Of a DNA stretch of 64,000 nucleotides, positions 40,796 to 51,093 are shown piece by piece. The position numbers were made by a program, and so were the translations under genes. The number at the start of each line of letters is the position of its first letter. Position 1 is the stretch's first letter. The stretch spans positions 85,453 to 149,452 of the forward strand of contig CAWKAO010000003.1 of assembly GCA_963847665.1 (NCBI GenBank), in the 5' to 3' direction. Origin of the DNA: an uncultured Actinomycetes bacterium. GTDB taxonomy: Bacteria > Actinomycetota > Humimicrobiia > Humimicrobiales > Humimicrobiaceae. The notes beneath the pieces were generated by a model. The model searched no databases. It worked only from the letters and a program-made list of their open reading frames with translations, and had not been told where the DNA came from.

Positions 40796-41048
40796 CCTTG
40801 CAGGAATAGAAAAAGCAAAAAAGGATCCTGGGTTATTATCCGCTTGTATGTTTTGATGAAGGCTTCAAACGGACCTGTGGATCTATTTTAAATAAATAAT
40901 AGGTTTTACACCCTTCGACCTCATATCTATATTCATGCATAGATGATTCATATATCCCTCATAATCGACTATAGCAATTTGACATATTAAAAAAAATAAT
41001 AGTAATAATATTCTTATAAATGTATAATGATTTTTTTAAAAAAATTAA

Positions 41049-41744
41049 ATGAAAAATCATATGAAAATAAATTTTCCAGAGAAGAAATTTATTATTAGCC
41101 TTTTTTCTATTACATTGACACTTGCAATTCTAAGTATATTGGGGACAGGTATCGAGATTTTATTTGGGGCATGGAAGATTATGGGAATTAATTATCTTTT
41201 TAATTTTGGGTCAGAACAAAATATTCCTACTATATTTACAACTTTTCTATTCCTTTTGGCAGCACTTCTTCAATTTTTTATTTATCTAAATACAAAAAAA
41301 AGTAGGATTTCTAGATATTGGATTGGACTGTTTTTGTTATTTATATACTTAGCCATTGACGAAGTTTGTGTTGTTCATGAGAGAATCTTAAGAACTGCTA
41401 AACAAATTTTTTCATCAGCGAATTTTAATTCCCATTTTATAATAATGGCTACTGTTTTTATTATTACAGTGATTTTTTTATTTTATAGGTTTTTATTTCT
41501 TATTCCAAAAAAATATTTATTAATTGCAATTCTCTCGGCGATTGTTTATCTTGTGGGCGCAGTAGGTTTTGAAGTTATATCGATTTTTTATCTTAAGACT
41601 TCTAAGGGTGGTTTCATATTGGAGATGATATCCACTATAGAGGAGCTACTTGAAATAACAGGGATTATCTTATACATTAGTTTTATCCTTAAGTATATTA
41701 AAAACGAATTAGATGAACAAGGATTAATAATAAAAATAACATGA
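41049..41744 (+). CDS. Hypothetical integral membrane protein (~6 TM)
   Basis: Hydrophobicity pattern only. No recognisable motif. Confidence 0.35.
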   Translation: MKNHMKINFPEKKFIISLFSITLTLAILSILGTGIEILFGAWKIMGINYLFNFGSEQNIPTIFTTFLFLLAALLQFFIYLNTKKSRISRYWIGLFLLFIYLAIDEVCVVHERILRTAKQIFSSANFNSHFIIMATVFIITVIFLFYRFLFLIPKKYLLIAILSAIVYLVGAVGFEVISIFYLKTSKGGFILEMISTIEELLEITGIILYISFILKYIKNELDEQGLIIKIT

Positions 41745-41821
41745 CCTCTTTTATTCTATTATATCCACTTATTAATTTACATTATCTTACTTTCTATTCA
41801 ATTTAATCGAATATATATTAT

Positions 41822-43622
41822 ATGAAAATTATTATTTCAATTTTAATAGCTCTTTTTTTATGTGTTTCAGGTATTTTTGGAGTTGCTTTTATCAAAAATG
41901 CGAGCAAGCCTGAATCAGCGAATAATATAGAAACAACATTAAAAGAAATTGTTGAAACTGCCGGAGAGAAAGTTTCAAATATAAACCAATCTTCAGAATA
42001 TGAGCAGACTAACGTACAGGAAACAATAACTGGAACTGAGTTGAAAGATACAGCAATAGATAAAATAACTTCTGGTGATATAGGTATTGAGTCTCTACCT
42101 TGATGGAGACAGAAATACAGGAATATATCTGGGTAATGCCGTATATGGAGTGAAATCAGATGAAGCTGCTAAAGTCTTTGGAGATGAATATAGAAATACA
42201 GGATTTTATCTTGAATGGGATAGGGCGGGATACGAATTTGAACCCGGTTCTGTTCATTATCTTTATATGTATAATGACATTCCCGGACAGGAGGAGTCCT
42301 ATATAAAAAAAGAAGTAAAGATACCGGGTGACTTAAATACAGCAGGTAATATTATAATGTATCTTGAATTTCCCGTAGAAACAGTACTGGATGAGGGTAA
42401 AAAAGAATTAGGCTTTTCCGGTTGGGCAGTCGATAAAAACAGTAGCAGCGGTACTAACATAGATAGGATCGAGTTTTATCTGGACGGTCCAAGAGGATTT
42501 GGCAAGCTTTTAGGTAATGCAGATTATGGATCTGCAAGGGATGATATTGCAACAAATTATGGCAGTGAATTTATGAACAGTGGTTTCAGGTTTAAATTGG
42601 ACATAAGCGGATTTACAAATGGGTCGCAGCATTCCATTTATATTTATGCAATCTCAGGTTCCGGACAATATCAATTGATCATTAAAAATATAAATATTGC
42701 TGGAGAGTTAAAGAGGCCAGACTCAAATATCTTTATTTCCACCAGTCTTGAAGATGACCCCCAAACAAATCCTGTAGTTATTTCTGGCTGGCTGGCTGAC
42801 ATAGAATATGCTGTCCAAAGAATAGTATTTGTATCAGATGTCAATGGCAATGAAGATATCTTCAGCATGAATCTTGATGGTTCGGATTTAAAGCAGCTTA
42901 CAGATACTCCAGGTGCAGATCTTTATCCAGCAGCATCGTCAGATGGTAAAAGAATACTTTATTCCTCGGATGTAAATGGTGTCTGGCAGATAATGGTAAT
43001 GGACTGGGACGGCTCAAATAAGAAGCAGCTTACATTTAATTCCGAGAGAAATGGAGACCCAAGCTGGTCATTTGATGATAGATATGTCTATTATGAAATC
43101 TTCCAAGATGAAAACTGGGAACTTTACAAAATGGATATAAATGGCAGCAATGTCCAGCGCCTTACTATTAACCCTGTTGTAGATGACTGGCACCCCTTTG
43201 GCCATTCAAGCCAGTACAAGATACTTTATGAAGTGGGGATATCAGGATCCTATGATCTGTATATTATGAATGATGACGGAACAGACATTATAAAAATACT
43301 TGATATACCATTTGATAAAAGAGTTCCCTCGATGTCACCTGATGGAAAATATATCATTTTTCAGGGGAAAGCCTCGGGCGATAAAAATTATAACATTTAT
43401 ATAGTACAGGAAGATGGAAAGAATTTAAAAAAACTTACCAACAATGGGTCTCTGGATGGTCACGCCTTAATATCACCAGATAACCAGCATATTGTCTATG
43501 AGAGTGATCAAAAGGGTAAAAAGCAATTATTTTTGATGAATTTTGATGGTTCTGATAATAAACAACTTACTTTTAACACTAATTACTCATCCTACATGCC
43601 AGATTTCATTTTTATAAAATAG
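41822..43622 (+). CDS. Secreted protein with two tandem ~90-aa N-terminal repeats and a C-terminal TolB-like PD40 beta-propeller. The reading frame is broken at ~42095.
   Basis: Signal peptide 'MKIIISILIALFLCVSGIFG'. Repeats: '...YLDGDRNTGIYLGNAVYGVKSDEAAKVFGDEYRNTGFYLEWD...' and 'IEFYLDGPRGFGKLLGNADYGSARDDIATNYGSEFMNSGFRFKLD...'. PD40 repeats follow ('SPDGKYIIFQG...YNIYIV', 'DIYIMNDDGTD'). The 41822 and 42087 ORFs are the same gene in two frames. Confidence 0.55.
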
Positions 43623-43661
43623 CAGAGAAAATTTTCAAATCTATTTTATAAAAACAAGCCT

Positions 43662-45311
43662 TTGTTATATTATAAAAATATGCATTTTCTGGAGAATGTT
43701 AAAAACTTAGCCGAAAAAAAATATAAGTTTATAATAATCTCTTTCTTCATCTTATTTTTAATTATTGGGATCTTGATTGTTAAAGACTATGGATACTCTA
43801 CAGATGAAGAATATGAAAGAGAACTGGGTAATGACGCTTCAAATCTTGTCTTGAAGAACGATACAAGCTTGTTTGGTATCAGTTATATGTTTCATGGTAC
43901 AGCTTTTACGTTCCCTTTAACAATTATGCAGAAGATTTTTAATATTGAAAATCCAAGGACTACCTTTTTACTTAGGCACTATTCTACTTTTTTACTATTT
44001 TATATAGCTGTTATATTTTTTTATTTACTATGTAAAAAAATTTTTAAAGATTGGAAATTTGGATTTCTTGCAAGTATTTTTTTGGTACTTTCCCCAAGAA
44101 TATTTGTTGATTCATTTTATAATCCCAAGGATCTGCCATTTTTATCATTTTTTATAATTTCCATTTTCACTCTTCAAAGATTTTTCGAGACTAAAAATAT
44201 TAAATTCGCTTTTTTGCATGGTTTCGCTTCAGGATTTGCTGTAGCTTCCAGAATAATAGGTATTATTATACCCTTTTTTACAATTCTTTTTTTTATTGCA
44301 GATTTGTTAATAGAAAAAAAGCAACTAAGAGAAGATAGTAAAACTCAAAGATCCTCTAAAAAAATTCAATACCTACTTATTTATTTATTTATAACAATAA
44401 CTGTTTTTCTTATCTTGATGCCAGCCATGCTACCGGACCCTTTAAATAATTTTATTGCTGCTATAAGAAGAATGTCAGATTATCCCCTTAATGCCAGATT
44501 TCTATATATGGGACAAAATATATCTAGTCTTAACAACCTTCCCTGGCATTATTTACCAGTGAATATAATAATAATGACTCCAATAGCTTATACTGTGTTA
44601 TTCTTTATTGGTCTGGCATTTTTTATTAGCAATATACGAAAAAACATACTTATTTTTTACATACAAAATAAGTATATCATTATAGCTGTTTTATGGTTTT
44701 TTATCCCAGTATTTGCTGCGATACTTTTGAAATCAAATCTATATAATGGATGGAGACAGATGTATTTTATCTATCCAGCATTCTTAATAATCGCATTAAA
44801 GGGTGTCAATTCTTTATATGGGATCTTTAGACAGAAACTGGCACTAAAAACGTATAACTGTTTAGCTGCTGTTATTACTGTATTTCTCATCTTTAACTCC
44901 ATATTTATACTACAGTTGATGATAAAAGAGCATCCATATCAATATATATACCACAACATTATTGCAGGAAAAAATTTAATAGAAGTAAAAGATGATTTTA
45001 CTCTCGACTACTGGGGATTATCATTTAAAGATGGGCTTGATTATATCTTGAAGACCGATAATCGAATTAGAATAACTTATACGTCCCGAAACAGCCCAAA
45101 AGAAAAATCTGAATATCTTTTATCGGAGCAGGACAGCAAAAGACTAGTTTTTGTTACTGATATTAATGAAGCAGATTATTTCTTAAATCATTATAAATCC
45201 TCTGATATAAGACTGGAATTGCAAGGAATAAAGCAAGAATACTTAATAAATAAAGTATATAGTCTGACTGTTGGTGGTGCAGAAATAATGACAGTATTTA
45301 AATTAAGATAG
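43662..45311 (+). CDS. GT-C-fold membrane glycosyltransferase (GtrC-type), paralog 1 of 4
   Basis: 549 aa, ~11 TM segments. Acidic motif 'YSTDEEYE' in the first extracytoplasmic loop, conserved 'FYNPKDLPFLSFF' and 'LPWHYLPVNIIIMTP'. Colinear with 53719-55341, 61311-62927 and the pseudogene at 35695-37334. Confidence 0.65.
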   Translation: MLYYKNMHFLENVKNLAEKKYKFIIISFFILFLIIGILIVKDYGYSTDEEYERELGNDASNLVLKNDTSLFGISYMFHGTAFTFPLTIMQKIFNIENPRTTFLLRHYSTFLLFYIAVIFFYLLCKKIFKDWKFGFLASIFLVLSPRIFVDSFYNPKDLPFLSFFIISIFTLQRFFETKNIKFAFLHGFASGFAVASRIIGIIIPFFTILFFIADLLIEKKQLREDSKTQRSSKKIQYLLIYLFITITVFLILMPAMLPDPLNNFIAAIRRMSDYPLNARFLYMGQNISSLNNLPWHYLPVNIIIMTPIAYTVLFFIGLAFFISNIRKNILIFYIQNKYIIIAVLWFFIPVFAAILLKSNLYNGWRQMYFIYPAFLIIALKGVNSLYGIFRQKLALKTYNCLAAVITVFLIFNSIFILQLMIKEHPYQYIYHNIIAGKNLIEVKDDFTLDYWGLSFKDGLDYILKTDNRIRITYTSRNSPKEKSEYLLSEQDSKRLVFVTDINEADYFLNHYKSSDIRLELQGIKQEYLINKVYSLTVGGAEIMTVFKLR

Positions 45312-45327
45312 CGATAATATTCCCTTA

Positions 45328-46341
45328 TTAATCAACATTCATAATGCAGATATCAGATTTACCTTTATTTATTGATACGTAAGCTATTTTCTTACCATCC
45401 GGTGCCCATGATAGATTCCCATCATCTGATAAATTGTTTGATGAATTCACCTGATCTGATCCGTCAGAATTCATAATATAGATCTCGACATTGCTATCCC
45501 TTTCTGATATAAAAGCTATTTTCCTGCCATCTGGGGACCACGAAGCTGCCGCGTCAGAAGCCGGATTATCTGTCAATCTTGTCTGACCTGTACCATCAGC
45601 ATTCATACTGTATATTTCAACATTATTATTACTAAAAGAAGTAAAAACTATTTTTGTATTATCTGGAGACCAGTCAGGGTAAAGATCATCACCAGGATTA
45701 TCTGTCAATCTTGTCTGGCCTGAACCATCAGCATTCATACTGTATATTTCAGAGTTGCCATCACGTCTTGATTGAAAAAGGATTTTTTTACTATCTAAAG
45801 ACCAAGCAATAGAAGCAGAGTCAGAAGCCGGATTATCTGTCAATCTTGTCTGGCCTGAACCATCAGCATTCATACTGTATATTTCCCAATTGCTATTTCT
45901 GTCTGACATAAAAGCAATTTTCTTGCCATCAGGCGACCAGACAGGGTACGAATCATTTGCTGGATTATTTGTTAGATTATATTCCGTTGATCCGTCAGAA
46001 TTCATAATATAGATCTCAATATTGCCATCCCTTTCTGTTATAAAAGCTATTTTCTTGCCGTCTGGCGACCACGAAGCTGCCGCGTCAGAAGCCGGATTAT
46101 CTGTCAATCTTGTCTGGCCTGAACCATCAGCATTCATACTGTATATTTCCCAATTGCCATCTCTGTTTGACATAAAAGCAATTTTCTTGCCATCAGGCGA
46201 CCAGGCAGGTGAACGATTATCCAAAGAGTCATGAGTGAGAATTATCTTTCCTGTGAGAATCTCTTCATTTTGGCATGCAGAGTTTAGTAAAAAGAAAAAA
46301 ATAACAAATATTGATAGTAATAAAAAAAAGCTTCTCTTCAT
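45328..46341 (-). CDS. Lipoprotein made of seven TolB-like PD40 beta-propeller repeats
   Basis: Lipobox 'LLNSAC'. Repeats of the type 'SPDGKKIAF.S.RDGNWEIYSMNADGSGQTRLTDNPASD'. Confidence 0.7.
   Translation of the reverse strand: MKRSFFLLLSIFVIFFFLLNSACQNEEILTGKIILTHDSLDNRSPAWSPDGKKIAFMSNRDGNWEIYSMNADGSGQTRLTDNPASDAAASWSPDGKKIAFITERDGNIEIYIMNSDGSTEYNLTNNPANDSYPVWSPDGKKIAFMSDRNSNWEIYSMNADGSGQTRLTDNPASDSASIAWSLDSKKILFQSRRDGNSEIYSMNADGSGQTRLTDNPGDDLYPDWSPDNTKIVFTSFSNNNVEIYSMNADGTGQTRLTDNPASDAAASWSPDGRKIAFISERDSNVEIYIMNSDGSDQVNSSNNLSDDGNLSWAPDGKKIAYVSINKGKSDICIMNVD
45541..46150. repeat. Near-identical intragenic tandem DNA repeats (132-141-nt period) encoding the PD40 blades
   Basis: 'ggattatctgtcaatcttgtctggcctgaaccatcagcattcatactgtatatttc' recurs at 45563, 45704, 45830 and 46094 with 0-3 mismatches. 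An ~80-nt block at 45541-45620 is repeated at 46071-46150. Confidence 0.7.
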
Positions 46342-46548
46342 TTTTTATTTAATTAATCTTCTAATATTAAAAAGAAATTATATTTTTATTTTTATATATT
46401 TTCTAAATATATTTTATATTAATTATAAATAAGTTAGAATAACCAATGATATTAAGTTTATTTTAGAAATAATAATTTATCTGTTTATTTCTTCCTTGGT
46501 GATTTATTACATATTTATCCAATAAATAGATAGCTAAGAGTGATTTAA

Positions 46549-47286
46549 TTGGAAAATATATTATCAATAGTAATACCTGCCTATAATGAGCAGAGCAGCA
46601 TCGAGTGTACACTAGATAAAATAATTGAGTATTTTCAAGATACAAACACAACATTTGAATTAATAATAGTCGATGATGGAAGTAGCGATAATTCATTAGA
46701 AATACTAAAAAAATACAGAGCACTAAAATATAAAAATATACTTCCAAATAAGATTATTCTTTTAAATAACAAACGGAATATGGGAAAAGGTTTCTCTGTA
46801 CAAAGAGGAGTACTGAAGTCCAAAGGTAAATTTGTTTTGTTTACCGATGCTGACCTATCTACACCGATAGAAGAAGTTGGAAAAATGCTTCTTTACTTGC
46901 AAAATGGTTATAATATCACTTTAGGCTCTAGAAGTTTGAAAGAATCCAAAGTCATTATCAGACAAAATATTTTAAGACAATCGATGGGAAAAATTTTTAA
47001 CAAGCTTGTGCGTTTGTTTTTGAATATAAAATATTCTGACACCCAATGTGGTTTTAAATGTTTTGATAGAAAAGCAGTTGACATGATCTTTCCAATCCTG
47101 AAAATAATGGATTTCAGTTTTGATGTTGAAATACTTTATTTGGCTCAAAAGCTAGGATTAAATGTAATAGAAATTCCTGTCAGATGGAAAAATGTAGAGG
47201 ATTCTAAAGTAAATATAATAAAAGACTCAATCAAGATGCTCTACAACTTGACCAGAATACGAAGGATACACAAAAAAATTCTATAA
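46549..47286 (+). CDS. Polyprenyl-phosphate sugar synthase, GT2 (DPM1/Ppm1-like, no C-terminal TM)
   Basis: 'LSIVIPAYNEQSSI...LIIVDDGSSDNS...FTDADLSTPIEEV' and 'DTQCGFKCF'. 245 aa. Confidence 0.8.
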   Translation: MENILSIVIPAYNEQSSIECTLDKIIEYFQDTNTTFELIIVDDGSSDNSLEILKKYRALKYKNILPNKIILLNNKRNMGKGFSVQRGVLKSKGKFVLFTDADLSTPIEEVGKMLLYLQNGYNITLGSRSLKESKVIIRQNILRQSMGKIFNKLVRLFLNIKYSDTQCGFKCFDRKAVDMIFPILKIMDFSFDVEILYLAQKLGLNVIEIPVRWKNVEDSKVNIIKDSIKMLYNLTRIRRIHKKIL

Positions 47287-47380
47287 AGCTTTTTGATATA
47301 TTTATTCTGATTTAATAAAAGGAATTTTAGATTATTATAAATTTAATAGTATTCAATTTATAAATAAAGAAAATCACCAT

Positions 47381-48823
47381 ATGACTGAAAACGGAAAAAA
47401 GAGATTATTATATCTAATTATCTTCCTAATTTTTATAGTTTCAGTTTTCTCAACAAACTACATCATGATCAGTAATGATGTACCAGTCAAGGATGCAGGC
47501 GAATATCTATTAATGGCCTACAATTTCGAGAAATACGGAACTTTTTCACTTGAGACCAGAGATATCCCTGACCCTGAACCGACTGCGTACAGGGAACCTG
47601 TGTTTCCTGCATATATGGCCTTTTGTATTTTAATAAATCCGGCAATAAATAATATGGACAGGGAAACACTGTTTAAAGAAGGAAATTTTTATATAAAAGT
47701 AATGCAAATACCTGTTTTGCTAATATTGTCTTTCCTGGTATTTTATATAGTCTTTCTAATCACCAAAAATCCTGTAACAAGCTTTATTACATTGTTTCTG
47801 GTCGGGACAAGTATGACTCTTTCCGATACTGTTTCAAGGTTGTTGTCTGAAAATATTTCGGCATTGCTGATTATTCTAACAGCAATATTTTTTTATAAAT
47901 TAATAACACAGAAAAAAATAATTTTTTTTATCTTATCAAGTATTTCTTTAGGCATTTTAATCCTGGATAAAGCTGTATTCTTATACTTCATTTTTATTGC
48001 CTTCATTTTCTTACTCATTTATTATCTAAAAACAAAATTCTGCACGAAAAAGATATTTATAACGGGATTATTGATTTTTATTCTGACCAGCTCTATTATA
48101 CCCGGTGCATGGATGGCAAGAAATTATTATCACTTTGGCCATTTTGCATTAACCGGAAGAGGAGGAATAGTGCTGTTAGTGCGTGCAGAAAAAAATCTGA
48201 TGACACCAAAAGAATACCTGGCATCATTTTTTTATTGGTCTCCTAGCGAAAAAGTCAGGACGTTGATTTTATCAAAAATTTTATCGGAAAAAGATTATGA
48301 GAGGTTAGATAGGTCTAATAAAAATAGTTTCTATTACCAGGTCACGAGAGTGGAATTAGGTGTTAAGAATGTTCCTGAAACCAATACAATATCACCTGAA
48401 TATACTACCTTTGAAAAAGATTCAGAACTCAGAAAAAAAGCTATTGACCTGATCTTAAAACATCCTATTCGACATATTCTCGCTATACCTCAATTCGTAT
48501 GGAGAGGGCTTTTCCCTGAATCGGGTTTTTTAATAGACCTGCCTGGCAGTACAGAGTTCAAGATTGCAAATAATAACATACTTAATCTATTCATATCCTT
48601 CAGTTTCTTTTACATGTTTATTTTTAGCATTAGAAAAAAAATGTGGAACTTATTTGCATTCTTACTACCCGGAATTTATTTGTTTTCAATAAATTCTTTA
48701 ATGACTCATAATATCGCAAGATATAGCGCACCCATCATCCCGGTTTTAATAATAAGTACTGTGCTTTTCTTTTATTTCAGATTGAAACAACCACACAGCC
48801 ATTCAATTAAAAAAACGGGGTAG
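47381..48823 (+). CDS. GT-C-fold glycosyltransferase of the ArnT/PMT type (GT39/GT83-like)
   Basis: 480 aa polytopic protein. First-loop motif 'NDVPVKDAGEYLLMAYN' and a general ArnT-like TM arrangement. Confidence 0.6.
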   Translation: MTENGKKRLLYLIIFLIFIVSVFSTNYIMISNDVPVKDAGEYLLMAYNFEKYGTFSLETRDIPDPEPTAYREPVFPAYMAFCILINPAINNMDRETLFKEGNFYIKVMQIPVLLILSFLVFYIVFLITKNPVTSFITLFLVGTSMTLSDTVSRLLSENISALLIILTAIFFYKLITQKKIIFFILSSISLGILILDKAVFLYFIFIAFIFLLIYYLKTKFCTKKIFITGLLIFILTSSIIPGAWMARNYYHFGHFALTGRGGIVLLVRAEKNLMTPKEYLASFFYWSPSEKVRTLILSKILSEKDYERLDRSNKNSFYYQVTRVELGVKNVPETNTISPEYTTFEKDSELRKKAIDLILKHPIRHILAIPQFVWRGLFPESGFLIDLPGSTEFKIANNNILNLFISFSFFYMFIFSIRKKMWNLFAFLLPGIYLFSINSLMTHNIARYSAPIIPVLIISTVLFFYFRLKQPHSHSIKKTG

Positions 48824-48852
48824 AAATTTAATCAAATCAATTAGCAGTATTA

Positions 48853-50859
48853 TTATTCAGAATATTTAATCTCATATATTTCAAGATTTTTTATCACTGC
48901 GGTACCATCATCTAAGGTATAGATCCTGAAATATATATTTCCGCTTTCTGGGATCTCTCCTGAATTTAATATTTCTATTATCTGGGTAAATTTTTCACCT
49001 GGATCCTCAAGGGCAACATTGAACTCCTGTTCAGGTCTGTCATACCCATCGGCAAAGAAATCAAAATTTATATAAGCGTCGCTAAAGGTTTCATTTTTGA
49101 TCTCAAAACTTATCAGATAATCCGTATTGTCTTTAATATCTATAGGTGTTTTTAAAACCTTAAGAATATTTTTTCCACCATTTAAAAATATACTTTTCTT
49201 ATCAGGCAATATCTCCATATTTTCATATTCCGCAGAATCTAGAGTTTTATAATCAAGCAATGGGTTAATTGAAGACTTTTTAAAAGAGTAAAGGACAAAA
49301 TCTTCAAAACCGACTATTGAGTCATCAAATTTTTTATTGATCCTCTTAAATAAATATTTTTCCGGGACTCTATCATCCTGCACCGCACTTCCATTGACTA
49401 CGACAAGGATTTCCTGGCTCTTATTCATAAACGAAAGCGCTTTTTTAAATATTACCTCTTCCCTGAGATCATTTGACCTTATACTGTAAGGGCAAATCCT
49501 CCCGAAGGTATCAGACTGTGGAAAGTATATATCCTTGTTCAGATAAGCGACAATTGTATGGACGTCAATATCTTTATAACCTACTATCACTGTATTTTTA
49601 AGGTCAAAATTTCCATCGATATATTCTGCGATCTGTTTTCCTGAAGAATAAGGATACCTATAATCATAATAAGCTGCTGTGGCTGAGCTGCTTATAGTTA
49701 GTGATAGGACTAATATTAAAAATATTTTACCCAGTAAAATATTTTTATTTCGCTTAAATCTAATAAGGTAAGCACTTCTGTCATCCTGTAGGTCAGATAG
49801 CCAGATGCACGCGGCCATAAATATAAAAATCAGTCCACCGTGCCTTGTGCCGCCGTATATAAAATAAATCGCACCTATAAGGGTTGAAGCACCGATCAAA
49901 TATAGCCATGCTATTCTTTTTTTCATTAACAGGACTGGAAATAAAAATATTACCAGCGAAAGTATATAAAGATAAACATGGTTAAATCTTAAAAGAAATG
50001 AATAGATAAGATTAGTATTCCTGAACTCAAAACCAAAACGTGGTATCTGCAAAAAGACAGATATTATATATTTGGATGCCAGAAAAGGAAATCTGCTTAG
50101 TTGTTCGGCTGTCACATTAAATATAGTCGTCACTGATGGTCCCCAAACAGTCCCCTGTATCGCCTGTGAGCCAAGTTCCCAGAAAAGCAGCACAAAACCT
50201 GCAATGATTATCAATGAAAAGATAGATAATTTTGTCCTGGTTGTTTGTTTAAGAATATCTCTTCTGTCAGAAATAAAATCGATTATCATTAACAGCAAAA
50301 AAAATAAAGATATTAGAAAAGTATATAGATGGGCCTGGCCCATAAAAAATAATGCAATCGATATGGGGATCAGATTCTTATACTTATCCCTGTAAAGAAC
50401 GCAAAAAATAATGATCGGCAGGACCCCCAGCGCATAATTTCTTGAAACTATTGAATATTCATAAAATGGAAAGTATCCAAAAACAAATAAAACATTGATT
50501 ATTTTATTAAAGGGGGAATATTTCACAAAGAGAAAACAGGTTGAGGAGGATAATATCAAATGGACTATTTTCATACTTTCAGGATTTCCAGTCGCGAAGT
50601 GGGAGATCAAATACAGAATGGCGTTCCATAAAAAAGGATGCCCATAATTATCCCGCATATTGAAAAGAAATTCCCGGATATTACTGCTTCCTATTGCAAT
50701 GTTCCAGGCTTTTGCTTCATCGCCCCAGAGTTCATGGCGGAGGATGAGTATTACACTTAAAATCAAAAATAAAGCAGTTATGATATAAGGAAAAGCTTTC
50801 TCCAAGGTTTGGTATTTTTTACTGTTAAGATTTGACATTTTTCTTTGAGTCCGAAACAT
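48853..50859 (-). CDS. GT-C-like polytopic membrane protein with a conserved ~120-aa C-terminal soluble domain (domain type A)
   Basis: N-terminal ~400 aa with about 11 TM segments and a 'WGDEAKAW' first-loop acidic motif. The C-terminal 'DYLISFEIKNETFSDAYINFDFFADGYDRPEQEFNV...ILNSGEIPESGNIYFRIYT...IKNLEIYEI' is homologous to the C-terminus of 55365-57488. Confidence 0.5.
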   Translation of the reverse strand: MFRTQRKMSNLNSKKYQTLEKAFPYIITALFLILSVILILRHELWGDEAKAWNIAIGSSNIREFLFNMRDNYGHPFLWNAILYLISHFATGNPESMKIVHLILSSSTCFLFVKYSPFNKIINVLFVFGYFPFYEYSIVSRNYALGVLPIIIFCVLYRDKYKNLIPISIALFFMGQAHLYTFLISLFFLLLMIIDFISDRRDILKQTTRTKLSIFSLIIIAGFVLLFWELGSQAIQGTVWGPSVTTIFNVTAEQLSRFPFLASKYIISVFLQIPRFGFEFRNTNLIYSFLLRFNHVYLYILSLVIFLFPVLLMKKRIAWLYLIGASTLIGAIYFIYGGTRHGGLIFIFMAACIWLSDLQDDRSAYLIRFKRNKNILLGKIFLILVLSLTISSSATAAYYDYRYPYSSGKQIAEYIDGNFDLKNTVIVGYKDIDVHTIVAYLNKDIYFPQSDTFGRICPYSIRSNDLREEVIFKKALSFMNKSQEILVVVNGSAVQDDRVPEKYLFKRINKKFDDSIVGFEDFVLYSFKKSSINPLLDYKTLDSAEYENMEILPDKKSIFLNGGKNILKVLKTPIDIKDNTDYLISFEIKNETFSDAYINFDFFADGYDRPEQEFNVALEDPGEKFTQIIEILNSGEIPESGNIYFRIYTLDDGTAVIKNLEIYEIKYSE

Positions 50860-51093
50860 ATTAGGTAATGATATTTATTATAATTTATTATAGAAACTTG
50901 AAAAGACTTTGATCAACAAGAATATACCATATAATGACAGAATCAAATTATAATGTTAATTATTTTATTTTAATCAATAATAAATTAAATGTTTAAAAAT
51001 ATCTCTTAAAAATTTATAATAAGAAAAAATATTTTTTTCGGACCTGACATAGTAATCAGAACTTTTTCATGGACTGATATCCTTGAGGGAAAA

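Noticed and set aside
45541-46150. Regularly spaced direct repeats that could resemble a CRISPR array
   Set aside because: The repeats are in-frame coding units of PD40 beta-propeller blades within an intact ORF. The period is 132-141 nt with no repeat/spacer structure.
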